Assembly (NCBI GenBank): GCA_041288095.1
Contig: JBGGMJ010000211.1
Coordinates: 1 to 64,000, forward strand
Source of the DNA: Myxococcota bacterium
GTDB taxonomy: Bacteria > Myxococcota > XYA12-FULL-58-9 > JALHOP01
DNA length: 64,000 nt
Direction of reading: 5' to 3'
Shown: piece after piece, positions 50,248-59,965 of the stretch
Layout of the letters: each line of letters begins with the position of its first letter
Position numbering within the stretch: position 1 is the stretch's first letter
Translations under genes and position numbers: made by a program
The notes under the pieces: generated by a model
What the model was told of the DNA's origin: nothing
Seen by the model: only the letters and a program-made list of their open reading frames with translations
Databases searched by the model: none

Positions 50248-53064
50248 TTAGAGCGCCCACTCCAGGGTCAGGCTGAATGCCGTCCCCGGTGTGTAGCGAT
50301 AAATGAAAACCTCACCACGCTTGACGCGGACGTCCTGCGCGAGAAGATTCGAGCCCGCGAGCTTGCCGACGAAGTGCTCGGCGATGCGCTGCGTGATCAC
50401 GAGATCGAGCTTGTGGAACGGCTGCTCGAAGGCATCGGGCGACCCGGCGACACCGACCTCCGAGATGCGCTTACCGAAGACGTTGTAGAGCGCGCTGAGC
50501 TGGGTCCCCGTGCTCTCGAAGCGGCCGCCGAGCTCGACGTTGACGACGTACGGCGACTGTCCTTGCAGCGCGCGCTTGCGGTTCGTGCCCTCGGTGGTGC
50601 CGCTCAAGCGGACCTGCGAATCGATGAGCGAGAGGTTCGCCGCGGCGAAGTATGGAGCAAGAGCCGGCGAGAAGCGCTTGAACGACGTCCGCGCCTCGAT
50701 TTCGACACCGAGAGCGCGCGCGCCATCCGTATTGACGTAGGTGATGTCGTCACCGGCGGGCGTCGCGAACACCTGTTCGATCGGGTCGTTGAAGCTCTTG
50801 TAGAAGGCGCCCGCCGCGAGCACCTCGGTGCCGCTCGGGAACATCTCCCAGCGCAGGTCAGCGTTGTGAATGCGAGTGTCGCGCAGATTCGGATCGCCGC
50901 TCGACGAGCGGCCCCGCGCGTAGTCGAAGAAGACGGTCGGCGCGAGCTCGCGGAACGTGGGGCGTGCCAGCGTGTAGCTGTAGGCCGCTCGCAGGTTCAT
51001 AGTGTCCGTTAGCGCGTACACGAGATTCGCCGCGGGTAAGAGGCCACCGACATTGCGAGTGGTATGCGTGCGGCCGATGGCGAAGTCGTTACCGGTATCA
51101 ATCGTTTGCGTAGCGTATTCGTAACGTGCGCCGGCGATGATCCTCAGTGGTGACAGCTTCACGATGTCGGTAAGCGCGTAACCAGCGAAGACCGCGCGAT
51201 CCGCGGCGTAGGCGTCGGCGGCGTTCGTGACCTCGCGGAAGCGCAGGATCGAGCCGATGTTGTCGCGCGCGAACAGGCCCTCGGGCGATTGCGTGAGATC
51301 CGCGCTGGTGGCGCTGCCGGTGGGCTCGTAGCGGAAGCGGCGGGACGAGAAGTCGCGGCTCGTCGCCATGATCAACGTACCGACTTTGACCTTGCCCAAG
51401 GGATAGGCGAACGCGAGGTCCGCTCCGCCACCGTAGGTCCAGTCGCCAAGGTCGGCGTAGAAGTGGTCCGCCTGGCCCAAGCTCGCGCCGACGAACACGA
51501 AGTCGCCGGTGTCGGTGGACTGGAAGACGGTGTCGCGGGTGTCCGGCTGCTTCTGCTGGGTATTCGAGACGTTGAGCTGCCAGCTCAAGGTCACGCCGTC
51601 GCCCAGCAGGTGCTCGCCCAAAAGCTGCGTGAATACGAGCGAGCGCTCCGTGAAGCGTAGGCTGGTGCGGCGGTTCACGAACGATTCACCGTTCGGCTCG
51701 ATGAGCGTCGTCTCGGCGATGTCGTCGGACGAGTGCGTGTAGAAGCTCACCAGCGTGAGTCGCTGCGTCGGCGACAGAGCCCAGCCGAGGTTGCCGAGCG
51801 CGCCGAGCTGCGCCGACTGGATGCCGGTCGTGAATCGGCGCTCGTCGGTTTGCACGGAGCCGGTGACGTCGGTGCGCCGGGCGACCGATTCGCGCCGCGT
51901 CGTCTTCATGCCGTAGTTGACGCTCGCGAGATAGCCGAGCGGCTTGCCGGCGAGGCTCACGGTGTCGCCCACCACCACCGCGACGCCCCCGTTCGGCAAC
52001 GCGCTCCTGTTCTTCGGTGTCCAGACGTTCTGGAAGTCGCGCCCAACGGCGTCAGCCTCGGCACGCGGCAAGGACTCGATGGAGCGATTGCGCGGCACGC
52101 TGTCGGGCAAGGAGCGCGTACCGTCGTCGTAGCCCAAGAAGTCGAGCTTGCCGCCGTCGTAGGTCGGCGTGTCCTTGAAGGTCGTGGCGGTGTCGCCGGA
52201 GACACCGAGACGGATCCGCAAGGTAAACTCGCTCGGGAACTCTCGGGTCTCGATCTGCAAGAGACCGCCCGCGAAGTTGCCGGGGACGTCGGGATTGAAG
52301 GTCTTCGAGACCGTGAGGTTCGCGAGCAGCGTTGCTGGAAACAAGTCGAGCGGCACTGAAGCGACGTCCGGGTCCGGGCTCGGGAGAGGCACGCCATTGA
52401 GCAGTGCTGCGCTATAGCGTCCGCCAAGGCCACGAATCAAAACGTATCGATTGTCCTGCACCGTGGCGGCGACGACGCGCTTCACGGCTTCGCCAGCGGT
52501 CGAGTCCGGGGTGCGCGCGATAGTCTCCGCGCTTACCGAGTCGCTGACGGTGGCGGCCTTCTGTCGCCGCACCAGCTGCACGGCGTCGGTCGCGCGGTCC
52601 GCGGTACCGACGACGACGATCTCGTTTTGCACCGTCGTGCGCTCTTCGCCCTGCCCGCCCAGCGCCACGTCGAGTCGCACCACCTCGGCGACGTTGACGA
52701 TGAGGTTCGAGAAGGTCCGCGCCGGCTTACCCTCGGCGAAGACACGCAAGCTGTACGTGCCCGGAGGAATGTCGACGAAGTAGTTGCCGTCGATGTCGGT
52801 GAGCGCGCGTAGCTCGAGCTCGACGACGGTTACCTGGGCCTCGATGAGCGCCTCGCCGGAGTCCGCGTCGACGACCGTGCCACGCAAGCGCCCCAGTCCC
52901 TCGGCGAGCGGCTGCGCGTCGTCCGGCTCGATGACCTCGGCGGGTGGCTCCGGCGCGGGTGGGATGCCGACATCGGGGAGCGACGCGCCGCCGTCCTGGG
53001 CGAGAGCGGTCGCGGGAGCCGCGAGCAACAGCACTGCGAAAACGAAGTGGCGTGTGGTGGTCAC
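50248..53064 (-). CDS. TonB-dependent outer-membrane receptor
   Basis: Signal peptide from GTG 53064, carboxypeptidase-regulatory-like N domain, plug IRGLGGRY..LNG, barrel TLARPTFREL..NADLRWE. Confidence 0.93.
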   Translation of the reverse strand: MTTTRHFVFAVLLLAAPATALAQDGGASLPDVGIPPAPEPPAEVIEPDDAQPLAEGLGRLRGTVVDADSGEALIEAQVTVVELELRALTDIDGNYFVDIPPGTYSLRVFAEGKPARTFSNLIVNVAEVVRLDVALGGQGEERTTVQNEIVVVGTADRATDAVQLVRRQKAATVSDSVSAETIARTPDSTAGEAVKRVVAATVQDNRYVLIRGLGGRYSAALLNGVPLPSPDPDVASVPLDLFPATLLANLTVSKTFNPDVPGNFAGGLLQIETREFPSEFTLRIRLGVSGDTATTFKDTPTYDGGKLDFLGYDDGTRSLPDSVPRNRSIESLPRAEADAVGRDFQNVWTPKNRSALPNGGVAVVVGDTVSLAGKPLGYLASVNYGMKTTRRESVARRTDVTGSVQTDERRFTTGIQSAQLGALGNLGWALSPTQRLTLVSFYTHSSDDIAETTLIEPNGESFVNRRTSLRFTERSLVFTQLLGEHLLGDGVTLSWQLNVSNTQQKQPDTRDTVFQSTDTGDFVFVGASLGQADHFYADLGDWTYGGGADLAFAYPLGKVKVGTLIMATSRDFSSRRFRYEPTGSATSADLTQSPEGLFARDNIGSILRFREVTNAADAYAADRAVFAGYALTDIVKLSPLRIIAGARYEYATQTIDTGNDFAIGRTHTTRNVGGLLPAANLVYALTDTMNLRAAYSYTLARPTFRELAPTVFFDYARGRSSSGDPNLRDTRIHNADLRWEMFPSGTEVLAAGAFYKSFNDPIEQVFATPAGDDITYVNTDGARALGVEIEARTSFKRFSPALAPYFAAANLSLIDSQVRLSGTTEGTNRKRALQGQSPYVVNVELGGRFESTGTQLSALYNVFGKRISEVGVAGSPDAFEQPFHKLDLVITQRIAEHFVGKLAGSNLLAQDVRVKRGEVFIYRYTPGTAFSLTLEWAL

Positions 53065-53087
53065 GCGCGAGGAATTAAGCGGTGCGC

Positions 53088-53135
53088 GTGTCGAGTTGGC
53101 TGCGCGCTTGTGACAGTCAGTGTCTTCGCTGTGCC
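53088..53135 (-). promoter_or_regulatory. Pho-box-like direct repeats upstream of the TBDR
   Basis: Minus strand GGCAC, GACAC, GTCAC, GACAC at spacings 11, 10, 22 nt, then a TTAAT element. Confidence 0.5.
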
Positions 53136-53143
53136 AACTTTTG

Positions 53144-53560
53144 CTACTGGATCGTTGCTTCGGGAATGACCGCGATGGTGCGCGCCCCGGCGCCACGCGC
53201 TGTATCCATGAGCGTCACCGCGGCGCCATAATTGGCTCCGTCATCGGCGTCGAACAGCATCTGTCCGTCATTGCGAACAGAGAGCTCTTGCTGCAAACGG
53301 AATGCGACCTCGGGCTGCGGCACCACGGTGTCGTTGATGCGGACGCTGCCGTCGCGGTCGAGGCGGACGACGAGCGGCGGGATGGCGACGGCGGGCGGTG
53401 GGCTGTCGTCCTTCTTGGGCACCGCGACCTCGAAGGTCTTGGTGAGCAGAGGCGTCACCACCATGAAGATAATGAGGAGCACCAGAACGACGTCGACGAG
53501 CGGCGTCACGTTCATTTCGGGCTTTACGCCCTTGCCGCCCTGCTGGACCGTCATGCCCAT
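53144..53560 (-). CDS. exbD: ExbD/TolR family protein
   Basis: MNVTPLVDVVLVLLIIFMV. Confidence 0.92.
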   Translation of the reverse strand: MGMTVQQGGKGVKPEMNVTPLVDVVLVLLIIFMVVTPLLTKTFEVAVPKKDDSPPPAVAIPPLVVRLDRDGSVRINDTVVPQPEVAFRLQQELSVRNDGQMLFDADDGANYGAAVTLMDTARGAGARTIAVIPEATIQ

Positions 53561-53563
53561 GGG

Positions 53564-53968
53564 TCAATCCACCTTTTCGTCGACGGTGAGCGACACACCC
53601 GAGAAGCCGATGCCACGCGCCGTCGCGAACAGTGCACGGGCCTTGCCGTAGGTCAGCGACCGGTCGACCTTGATCACCAAGGGACGATCTTCGCTCTTCG
53701 CATGCTCGGCGGTGAGCCGGCGGAGCAGTCCGTCTTCGTCGACGACGTCGCGCTCGACCAGCATGCGTCCGCTGGCGGTGAGCGTCAGCGTCAGCGCTTC
53801 CATCTGACCTTCCCGCGCCACGTTTTTCGCCTTGGCGAGCTCGACCGCCTCGCCGGCTTCGAGCTGCGGCGCGATCACCATGAAGATGATGAGCAAGACC
53901 AACACCACGTCGACGAGCGGCGTGACGTTAATCTCGGGCTTAAGCTGCGTTCGAGGCTTGGCGCTCAT
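53564..53968 (-). CDS. exbD: ExbD/TolR family protein
   Basis: INVTPLVDVVLVLLIIFMV. Confidence 0.92.
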   Translation of the reverse strand: MSAKPRTQLKPEINVTPLVDVVLVLLIIFMVIAPQLEAGEAVELAKAKNVAREGQMEALTLTLTASGRMLVERDVVDEDGLLRRLTAEHAKSEDRPLVIKVDRSLTYGKARALFATARGIGFSGVSLTVDEKVD

Positions 53969-54641
53969 GCGTGCTCCGCTTGCCGAAGAACTCGAGGTGA
54001 TCGAGCAGTTGGCCCGACGAGGTCGTCAGGTTCTTCTCGATGGTGTCCGCGACGCCGGAGAGGCGATTGAACAAGAGCACCGCCGGGATGGCGATGAGCA
54101 AGCCGAGCGCGGTGACGACCAGCGCTTCGGAGATGCCGCCCGCGACCGACGACAGACCGCCCGAGCCGGTGGCCGAGATCTTGGCGAAGGCGGCGATGAT
54201 GCCGACGACGGTACCCAAGAGGCCGACGAACGGGGCTACCGAGCCGACGGATGCGAGCGTCGAAAGGCCGCGGCGCAGATCGTGCCCGGTCTGCTCGTGC
54301 TGGCGAGCCATCTCGCGACGCACCACCTCGACGACGGCCTCATCATTGCGCAGCGAGCGGCTGCTCGACAGGAAGGTGTCGAGGACCGGCCGCAGCATGC
54401 GCGCCAGGTGCGAGCTCTTGTACGCAGCGGTGCGGTCGCGCAAGGCCCCGTAGTCGCCGCGATGAATGAGCTCGGCCGCTTCGCCCGCGAATGCACGCGA
54501 CTGCCGCTTGGAGCGCGCGTAGGCAATCGAGCGCTCGATGAACACGGCGAGGCTCGCCACCCCCATCGCGAGAAGCATGAAGGTGATGCCGCGGGCCATC
54601 CAATCCATCTCATGAAAGATGCGAACGATATCGAAGCTCAT
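53940..54641 (-). CDS. exbB: ExbB/TolQ proton channel protein
   Basis: LASVGSVAPFVGLLGTVVGII, GISEALVVTALGL; start ATG 54641. Confidence 0.93.
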   Translation of the reverse strand: MSFDIVRIFHEMDWMARGITFMLLAMGVASLAVFIERSIAYARSKRQSRAFAGEAAELIHRGDYGALRDRTAAYKSSHLARMLRPVLDTFLSSSRSLRNDEAVVEVVRREMARQHEQTGHDLRRGLSTLASVGSVAPFVGLLGTVVGIIAAFAKISATGSGGLSSVAGGISEALVVTALGLLIAIPAVLLFNRLSGVADTIEKNLTTSSGQLLDHLEFFGKRSTHERQASNAA

Positions 54642-55393
54642 CGAGCAACTCCTTGTACGTAAGTGATCGGGAAAATTCGAAAAACGGGAACGGCGACGCC
54701 GTCGACTTTGGCGGGTGTGAAACGCCAGGTGCTGACCGCGGCGAGCGCCTCGCGAGCGAATGGGTGGTCCGCCGTAGCGGTCGTCGTCTGATTGGCGATC
54801 TTGACGGTCACTTTGAGCACTTGCAGATGCGAGACGGTGCCGTCCGCCTCGATCACGCCCTTCAGGATGACTTTGCCTTCCCAACCGTTGGCTTCGGCTT
54901 CGGGCGGCATGCGTGGCGCGACGTTGCCCTCCCTCGCGACCGCGGGCTCGCCGTTCTCGGGGAGGTTGATCGCCTTGGTGCCGGTGCCGCCGACGGTGCC
55001 CGCGGTGCCGACACCCGTGCTGGCGCTCGCCGTGGCCGCGGGTTGTGGCGCCGCCTCGACGGGAGCGTTCGCGGCCACCGGCGGCGACTCTATCGTGGGC
55101 GCCGGGGCCTGCGAGCTCGGCGGTGCCACGTCTGCTTTGGTGAGCGTCGTGATCTTCGGCTCCGGGCGCGGTTCCAGGCGTGGCTTCGGCGGCGGCGCGG
55201 GAGGCGGAGGTGGCGGCGGCGCGTTGAAGGTGACGTCGACCTTTTTGGGCTCGAGCGTCGGCACCGCGGCGCGGCCCGCGAAAAGAAGCGCCGCGGCGAT
55301 CAGCAGGCCGTAAGCGCCAATCGCCGCGCCGGTGGACGTCGCCATCCGCCCACGGCCCTCACGCGCATCCGTCTTTTGAAAGGCCTCGAACAT
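54638..55393 (-). CDS. tonB: Energy transducer TonB
   Basis: TM anchor, poly-Pro linker, C-terminal EGKVIL..I.ADGTV..WRFTPA. Confidence 0.9.
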   Translation of the reverse strand: MFEAFQKTDAREGRGRMATSTGAAIGAYGLLIAAALLFAGRAAVPTLEPKKVDVTFNAPPPPPPPAPPPKPRLEPRPEPKITTLTKADVAPPSSQAPAPTIESPPVAANAPVEAAPQPAATASASTGVGTAGTVGGTGTKAINLPENGEPAVAREGNVAPRMPPEAEANGWEGKVILKGVIEADGTVSHLQVLKVTVKIANQTTTATADHPFAREALAAVSTWRFTPAKVDGVAVPVFRIFPITYVQGVAR

Positions 55394-55418
55394 TGCATGC
55401 TCGAGTTAGGCCTCGCGC

Positions 55419-55467
55419 GTGACGCGATGATGACGACAACGGTAAGCCTTGGCGACGGGAGTGTGCC
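55419..55467 (-). promoter_or_regulatory. Pho-box-like direct repeats upstream of tonB
   Basis: Minus strand GGCAC, GTCGC, CTTAC, GTCAT, GTCAC at spacings 11, 10, 12, 11 nt, then CTAACT. Confidence 0.55.
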
Positions 55468-55482
55468 GCGATCGCCCGCTCT

Positions 55483-56508
55483 TTAGTTTTCGAGGAGATG
55501 CAACGCCGTGTCGGCTTCTTTCACCAGCATCTCGAGCTCGTGCAGATCGTCGTACGTTTCGTTCAGGTCGCCGTTGTCACCATAGGCGACCAGGGCGTGG
55601 CCGTGGCCGGGGGCGATCGGCGCCAACAAGAAGGTGGCGGCGGAGCCTAGTCCGAAATAGCGGGCAAGCTCGGCGGCGCGTGGGTCGTTGTTCGACAAGC
55701 CGTGCACCAGGCCCTTGACCTTGGCGTGCGCGGTCACCTCGGGCAAATCCTCGAGCGCCCCGTCTGTCCGCGATGGCGTCACACCGCCATAGGCAACGAC
55801 CTTGAAGTTCGTGCCCAAGCGCTCGAACACCACGACGCGGCCGAAGTAATTCAACAAGGCTTGCGCCACGGCGCGGCCGACGCTGCGCACGGTCTCGGCC
55901 TCGTAGATCTTCTCCACTGCTTCGTAGAGCGTGCACTTCTCGATCGGCGGGAAGGAAGGCGGCGTCGCGAGGGTAACCCGCTTTGGCGGACTGGGCTGCG
56001 CCGGCGCCTGCGCGACACTCAGGGTCGGTGGGCGCGCGCGGCCGGAGAGCGGCGGCGCCGGCACGACGCCACGCAGACTCGGGTAGAGCTTCCCCAGCGT
56101 CTCTTCGATCTCGGTCTCGAGCGCGACGTACGCGCCGATGGCCGCTTTGGCGTGCAAGGCCACCTCATGGAGGTGATTCAAGACACGACCGTCGGCGACC
56201 GCGACGCCCAGCATCTCGCCGTCCCACGAGTAAGGGACGATGCGCAGACGATGGGCGACCTCGGCAGGCACGCGGCGCACCGCCTCCTGCGAAGCACGGA
56301 TCAATAGGCCACGCGGCAACGCCGGCACGGCGAGCTGCTTCGCCAAGATCCCGAGCAAGCGATCGGCTTCGACGTACCCGAGGGTCAAGAGGCAGGTGCC
56401 CAGCAAGCGATTGTTCTGCCGCTGCAGGCGCAAGGCGTCGTAGAGCTGGGGCCGGGTGATCAACCCTTCGCGTACGAGGATGAGGCCCAATGTTTCGTGG
56501 GACGACAC
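55483..56508 (-). CDS. MshEN/GSPII_N-domain protein without ATPase domain
   Basis: TLGLILVREGLITRPQLYDALRLQ-RQNNRLLGTCLLTLGYV tandem motif; no Walker A. Confidence 0.8.
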   Translation of the reverse strand: MSSHETLGLILVREGLITRPQLYDALRLQRQNNRLLGTCLLTLGYVEADRLLGILAKQLAVPALPRGLLIRASQEAVRRVPAEVAHRLRIVPYSWDGEMLGVAVADGRVLNHLHEVALHAKAAIGAYVALETEIEETLGKLYPSLRGVVPAPPLSGRARPPTLSVAQAPAQPSPPKRVTLATPPSFPPIEKCTLYEAVEKIYEAETVRSVGRAVAQALLNYFGRVVVFERLGTNFKVVAYGGVTPSRTDGALEDLPEVTAHAKVKGLVHGLSNNDPRAAELARYFGLGSAATFLLAPIAPGHGHALVAYGDNGDLNETYDDLHELEMLVKEADTALHLLEN

Positions 56509-56678
56509 GAGCGGTATTGTGGGGCTTTTCTAATTCTCCTGCAAACGTTGACGGTTTGACCCTCATGCGATAGTCCCGCGCGAGTTATTCGTGAGGGCCG
56601 CCACTTGAGGCGGTCCAAAAGTGAAGGGCTCCCGCGCCACAGCGTCCAAATGGGGCCTCTACCGGAGAATCGTGCGCT

Positions 56679-57233
56679 ATGAAGCACCTCAAACTGCCGT
56701 TCCTTGCCTTGGTCGCCACCTCTCTCATCGCCGCGACCGCCGCCGCCAATGACAAGGTCGGCTACGTCGACATGGCCCGCGCCTTCAACGAGCTCGAGGA
56801 CAGCAAGCAGGCCAAAGAGCAGCTGAAGAAGGACTTCGACGTCAAACAGAAGCAGCTCGACGAAGCGCAGAACAAGCTCAAGACGAAGAAGGACGAGTTC
56901 GACGCCAAGTCCTCGATGATGAAGCCCGAGGTCAAGCAGCAGAAGCAGGACGAGCTGCAGAAAGACTTCGCGTCGCTCCAGCAGACGTACATGCAGCTGC
57001 AGCAGGACCTGTCGAAGCGCGAAGGCGCGCTCGTGCAGGACATCACCCGCAAGCTCCGCAAGGTGGTCGAGAAGCTCGGCGACCGCGAGAGCTACAGCAT
57101 GATCCTCGATATCGGTGATGGCGTGCTCTACTACAAGCGCCACCTCGACATCACCGACCAGGTCATTCGCGAGTACAACAAAGAGTACGGTACCAGCACC
57201 GCCAAAGAAGCCAACGCGGCCAACAAGAAGTAG
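56679..57233 (+). CDS. skp: Periplasmic chaperone Skp/OmpH
   Basis: Signal peptide, KVGYVDM, coiled coil, DITDQVI. Confidence 0.92.
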   Translation: MKHLKLPFLALVATSLIAATAAANDKVGYVDMARAFNELEDSKQAKEQLKKDFDVKQKQLDEAQNKLKTKKDEFDAKSSMMKPEVKQQKQDELQKDFASLQQTYMQLQQDLSKREGALVQDITRKLRKVVEKLGDRESYSMILDIGDGVLYYKRHLDITDQVIREYNKEYGTSTAKEANAANKK

Positions 57234-57238
57234 CACCC

Positions 57239-58336
57239 ATGACGACGGTCGGAGCGTTGGCCGGGATGGTCGACGGTGCCGTGATTGGGGACGCTACACG
57301 TGAGATCCGCGGCGTCGCGGATCTGACGAGCGCGGGCCCCAACGACATCACCTTCCTCGCCAACGCGAAATACGCGAGCAAGGTAGCGACGACCCGCGCG
57401 GGCGCCGTCATCGTCATCAAGGCGCTCGAAGCAGCGCCTTGCGCGCAGCTCGTTTGCGCCAATCCGTACCTCGCGATGCAGACCATCGCGCAACACCTGA
57501 ACCCCGCGCCCAAGTACTCCGCTGGAGCGGAGGCCGGCGCTTTCGTCCACCCGGACGCCCGGCTCCACCCCACCGCGGTCGTGCGCGCCGGCGCCGTCGT
57601 CGAAGCCGGCGCCGTGATTGGCGAGCGCACCATCATCGAGCCGCTCGCCTACGTCGGCCGTGACGCCAAGGTTGGCGCCGACTGCTTGTTGCACCCGGGC
57701 GCCAAGGTGATGAATCGCTGCGAGCTCGGTGATCGCGTCATCATTCAGCCAAATGGCGTCGTCGGCTCCGACGGCTTCGGCTACGCGCCCGACGCCGCCG
57801 GCAAGCGCCACAAGATCCCCCAGGTCGGCATCGCCATCCTCGAAGATGACGTCGAGATCGGCGCCAACAGCACCATCGACCGCGCGACGTTCGGCGTCAC
57901 CCGCATCGGCAAGGGCACCAAGATCGACAATCTGGTGCAGATTGGCCACAACGTCGTCACCGGCAGCGACTGCGTCATCGTCAGCCAATCAGGTGTCGCG
58001 GGCAGCACCACGCTCGGCGACCGCGTCGTCATGGGCGCCCAGACCGGCGTTACCGGCCACGTGACGATCGCCTCGGACGTCACCCTCGCCGCGCGCGCCG
58101 CGGCCGCTGGTCGCATCGCCGCCGCTGGTGTTTATGGTGGCATCCCGGCTATCCCGCACCCGAAGTGGGTGAAGAGCATGGCCGTGGTGGCGATGCTTCC
58201 GGAGCTGCGCAAGAGGGTGCGCGAGCTCGAACGCAAGATTCTCGGAAACGGTCCCGCTTCAAATGGCGGGCCAAACGAAAAGTTCTCGAGTGCAGAGGGT
58301 GTCGATGGCGATTCATCCGACAGCAATCGTTCATAA
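57239..58336 (+). CDS. lpxD: UDP-3-O-acylglucosamine N-acyltransferase
   Basis: NPYLA, hexapeptide repeats, GSDGFGY, IGANSTIDR, KIDNLVQIGHN. Confidence 0.97.
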   Translation: MTTVGALAGMVDGAVIGDATREIRGVADLTSAGPNDITFLANAKYASKVATTRAGAVIVIKALEAAPCAQLVCANPYLAMQTIAQHLNPAPKYSAGAEAGAFVHPDARLHPTAVVRAGAVVEAGAVIGERTIIEPLAYVGRDAKVGADCLLHPGAKVMNRCELGDRVIIQPNGVVGSDGFGYAPDAAGKRHKIPQVGIAILEDDVEIGANSTIDRATFGVTRIGKGTKIDNLVQIGHNVVTGSDCVIVSQSGVAGSTTLGDRVVMGAQTGVTGHVTIASDVTLAARAAAAGRIAAAGVYGGIPAIPHPKWVKSMAVVAMLPELRKRVRELERKILGNGPASNGGPNEKFSSAEGVDGDSSDSNRS

Positions 58337-59117
58337 GGGCGCCGAGATCGATCCGACGGCGGAGATCGGGCCCCTCTGCGTCATCGGCCCGCGCGTCAAG
58401 ATCGGCCGTGAGACCAAGCTCCTGTCGCACGTCTCGGTCGACAACGACACCACCATCGGCGCCAAGAACGTCATTCACCCTTTCGTCGCGCTCGGTGGTC
58501 CACCGCAAGATCTGAAGTTCAAGGGCGAGCCGGCGCGCGTCATCATCGGCGATGACAACGTCATCCGCGAAGGCGTGACCATCAACATGGGTACCGCCGG
58601 TGGTCACATGGAGACGCGGATCGGCAGCCGCTGCCTGCTCATGGCCTACGCCCACGTCGCCCATGACTGCATCATCGGTGACAACGTCATCATGGCCAAC
58701 TCGGCGACCCTCGCCGGTCACGTCACGCTCGAGGACGAGGTCCGCATCAGCGGTCTCGCCGCCATCCACCAGTTCGTCCGCATCGGCCGCGCCGCGTTCC
58801 TGGCCGGTGGCGCCATGGTCGCGCAGGACATCCCGCCGTGGTGTATCGCTCAAGGCGACCGCGCCGAGCTAGCCGGCCTCAACGTCGTCGGCTTGAAGCG
58901 TGGTGGCTGGAGCCGCGAGCGTTTGGGCGCGCTGCGCGAGTGCTTCAAAATGATCTTCTATCCCGAGCGCACACGCGCCGAGGGTATCGATCGCGCCGAA
59001 CAGGAGCTCGCTCCCAAGAGCAAGGACGCGGCGGAGCTCGTCGCGTTCGTCCGTGCCTCCAAGCGCGGTGTGGCCTCGGCTCGACCGCTTGGCGCGAACG
59101 AGCCGGACGAGACGTGA
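58305..59117 (+). CDS. lpxA: Acyl-ACP--UDP-N-acetylglucosamine acyltransferase
   Basis: IHPTAIV, PQDLKFKGE, HVAHDC, LAGHV, HQFVRIG; start ATG 58305. Confidence 0.97.
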   Translation: MAIHPTAIVHKGAEIDPTAEIGPLCVIGPRVKIGRETKLLSHVSVDNDTTIGAKNVIHPFVALGGPPQDLKFKGEPARVIIGDDNVIREGVTINMGTAGGHMETRIGSRCLLMAYAHVAHDCIIGDNVIMANSATLAGHVTLEDEVRISGLAAIHQFVRIGRAAFLAGGAMVAQDIPPWCIAQGDRAELAGLNVVGLKRGGWSRERLGALRECFKMIFYPERTRAEGIDRAEQELAPKSKDAAELVAFVRASKRGVASARPLGANEPDET

Positions 59118-59965
59118 GCAGCGCGCCGAGCGACCGCATCGGACTCATCGCGGGCAACGGCACCTTCCCCATCTTCTTCGCCCGCGCCGCCAAGAAGCGC
59201 GGCTTCACGGTCATCGCCGTCGGCATGAGGGGCGAGACCAAGCCGGAGGTCGCTCGTGAAGTCGACGAGATGACCTGGGTGAAGGTCGGACAGCTCAAGC
59301 CCATGATCGAAGCCTTCGTGAAAGGCGGCTGCACGCAGGCCGCGATGGCGGGCGGTGTGCGCAAGACCCGCTTGTTCGAGCGTGCTCGGCCCGACTTCCT
59401 CGCCATGAAGCTCTTGGCCCGCGCCGCGATCCGCCGCGACGACGGCATGCTGCGCGCCGTAGCGGACGAGTTCGAGAAAGCCGGCGTCACCATCATCGAT
59501 TCGACGGTCTTCATGCCCGAGGCGCTGGCGCCGGAAGGCGTGATGACCAAGAAGAAGCCCGACCCTCGCGAATGGCAGGACTTGCGTTACGGGCTCGTCA
59601 TCGCCCGCGAGATCGGCAAGCTCGACATCGGTCAGACGGTGGTCGTCAAGGACGGCGCCGTCGTCGCGCTCGAGGCCATCGAGGGCACGGACGCATGCAT
59701 CGCCCGCGCCGGCGCGCTCACCAACAAGAAGGGCGCGGTCATCGTCAAAGTAGCCAAGCCCGCGCAAGACATGCGCTTCGATGTCCCCGCAATCGGCCCG
59801 AAGACGCTCGTGTCGATGCGTGACGCGGGCGTGCGCGTGCTCGGCATCGAAGCCGGCCGCACACTCATCCTCGAGCCCGAGCAGTTCGTGAACGAAGCGG
59901 ACGCCGCGGGGCTGGTCATCGTCGGCCTGACGAGCAACGAAATCCTCACGGCGGCGGCATCATGA
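59114..59965 (+). CDS. lpxI: UDP-2,3-diacylglucosamine diphosphatase LpxI
   Basis: GLIAGNGTFP, DIGQTVVV, EAIEGTD, KPAQDMRFDVPAIG; GTG 59114 overlaps the lpxA stop. Confidence 0.95.
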   Translation: MSSAPSDRIGLIAGNGTFPIFFARAAKKRGFTVIAVGMRGETKPEVAREVDEMTWVKVGQLKPMIEAFVKGGCTQAAMAGGVRKTRLFERARPDFLAMKLLARAAIRRDDGMLRAVADEFEKAGVTIIDSTVFMPEALAPEGVMTKKKPDPREWQDLRYGLVIAREIGKLDIGQTVVVKDGAVVALEAIEGTDACIARAGALTNKKGAVIVKVAKPAQDMRFDVPAIGPKTLVSMRDAGVRVLGIEAGRTLILEPEQFVNEADAAGLVIVGLTSNEILTAAAS

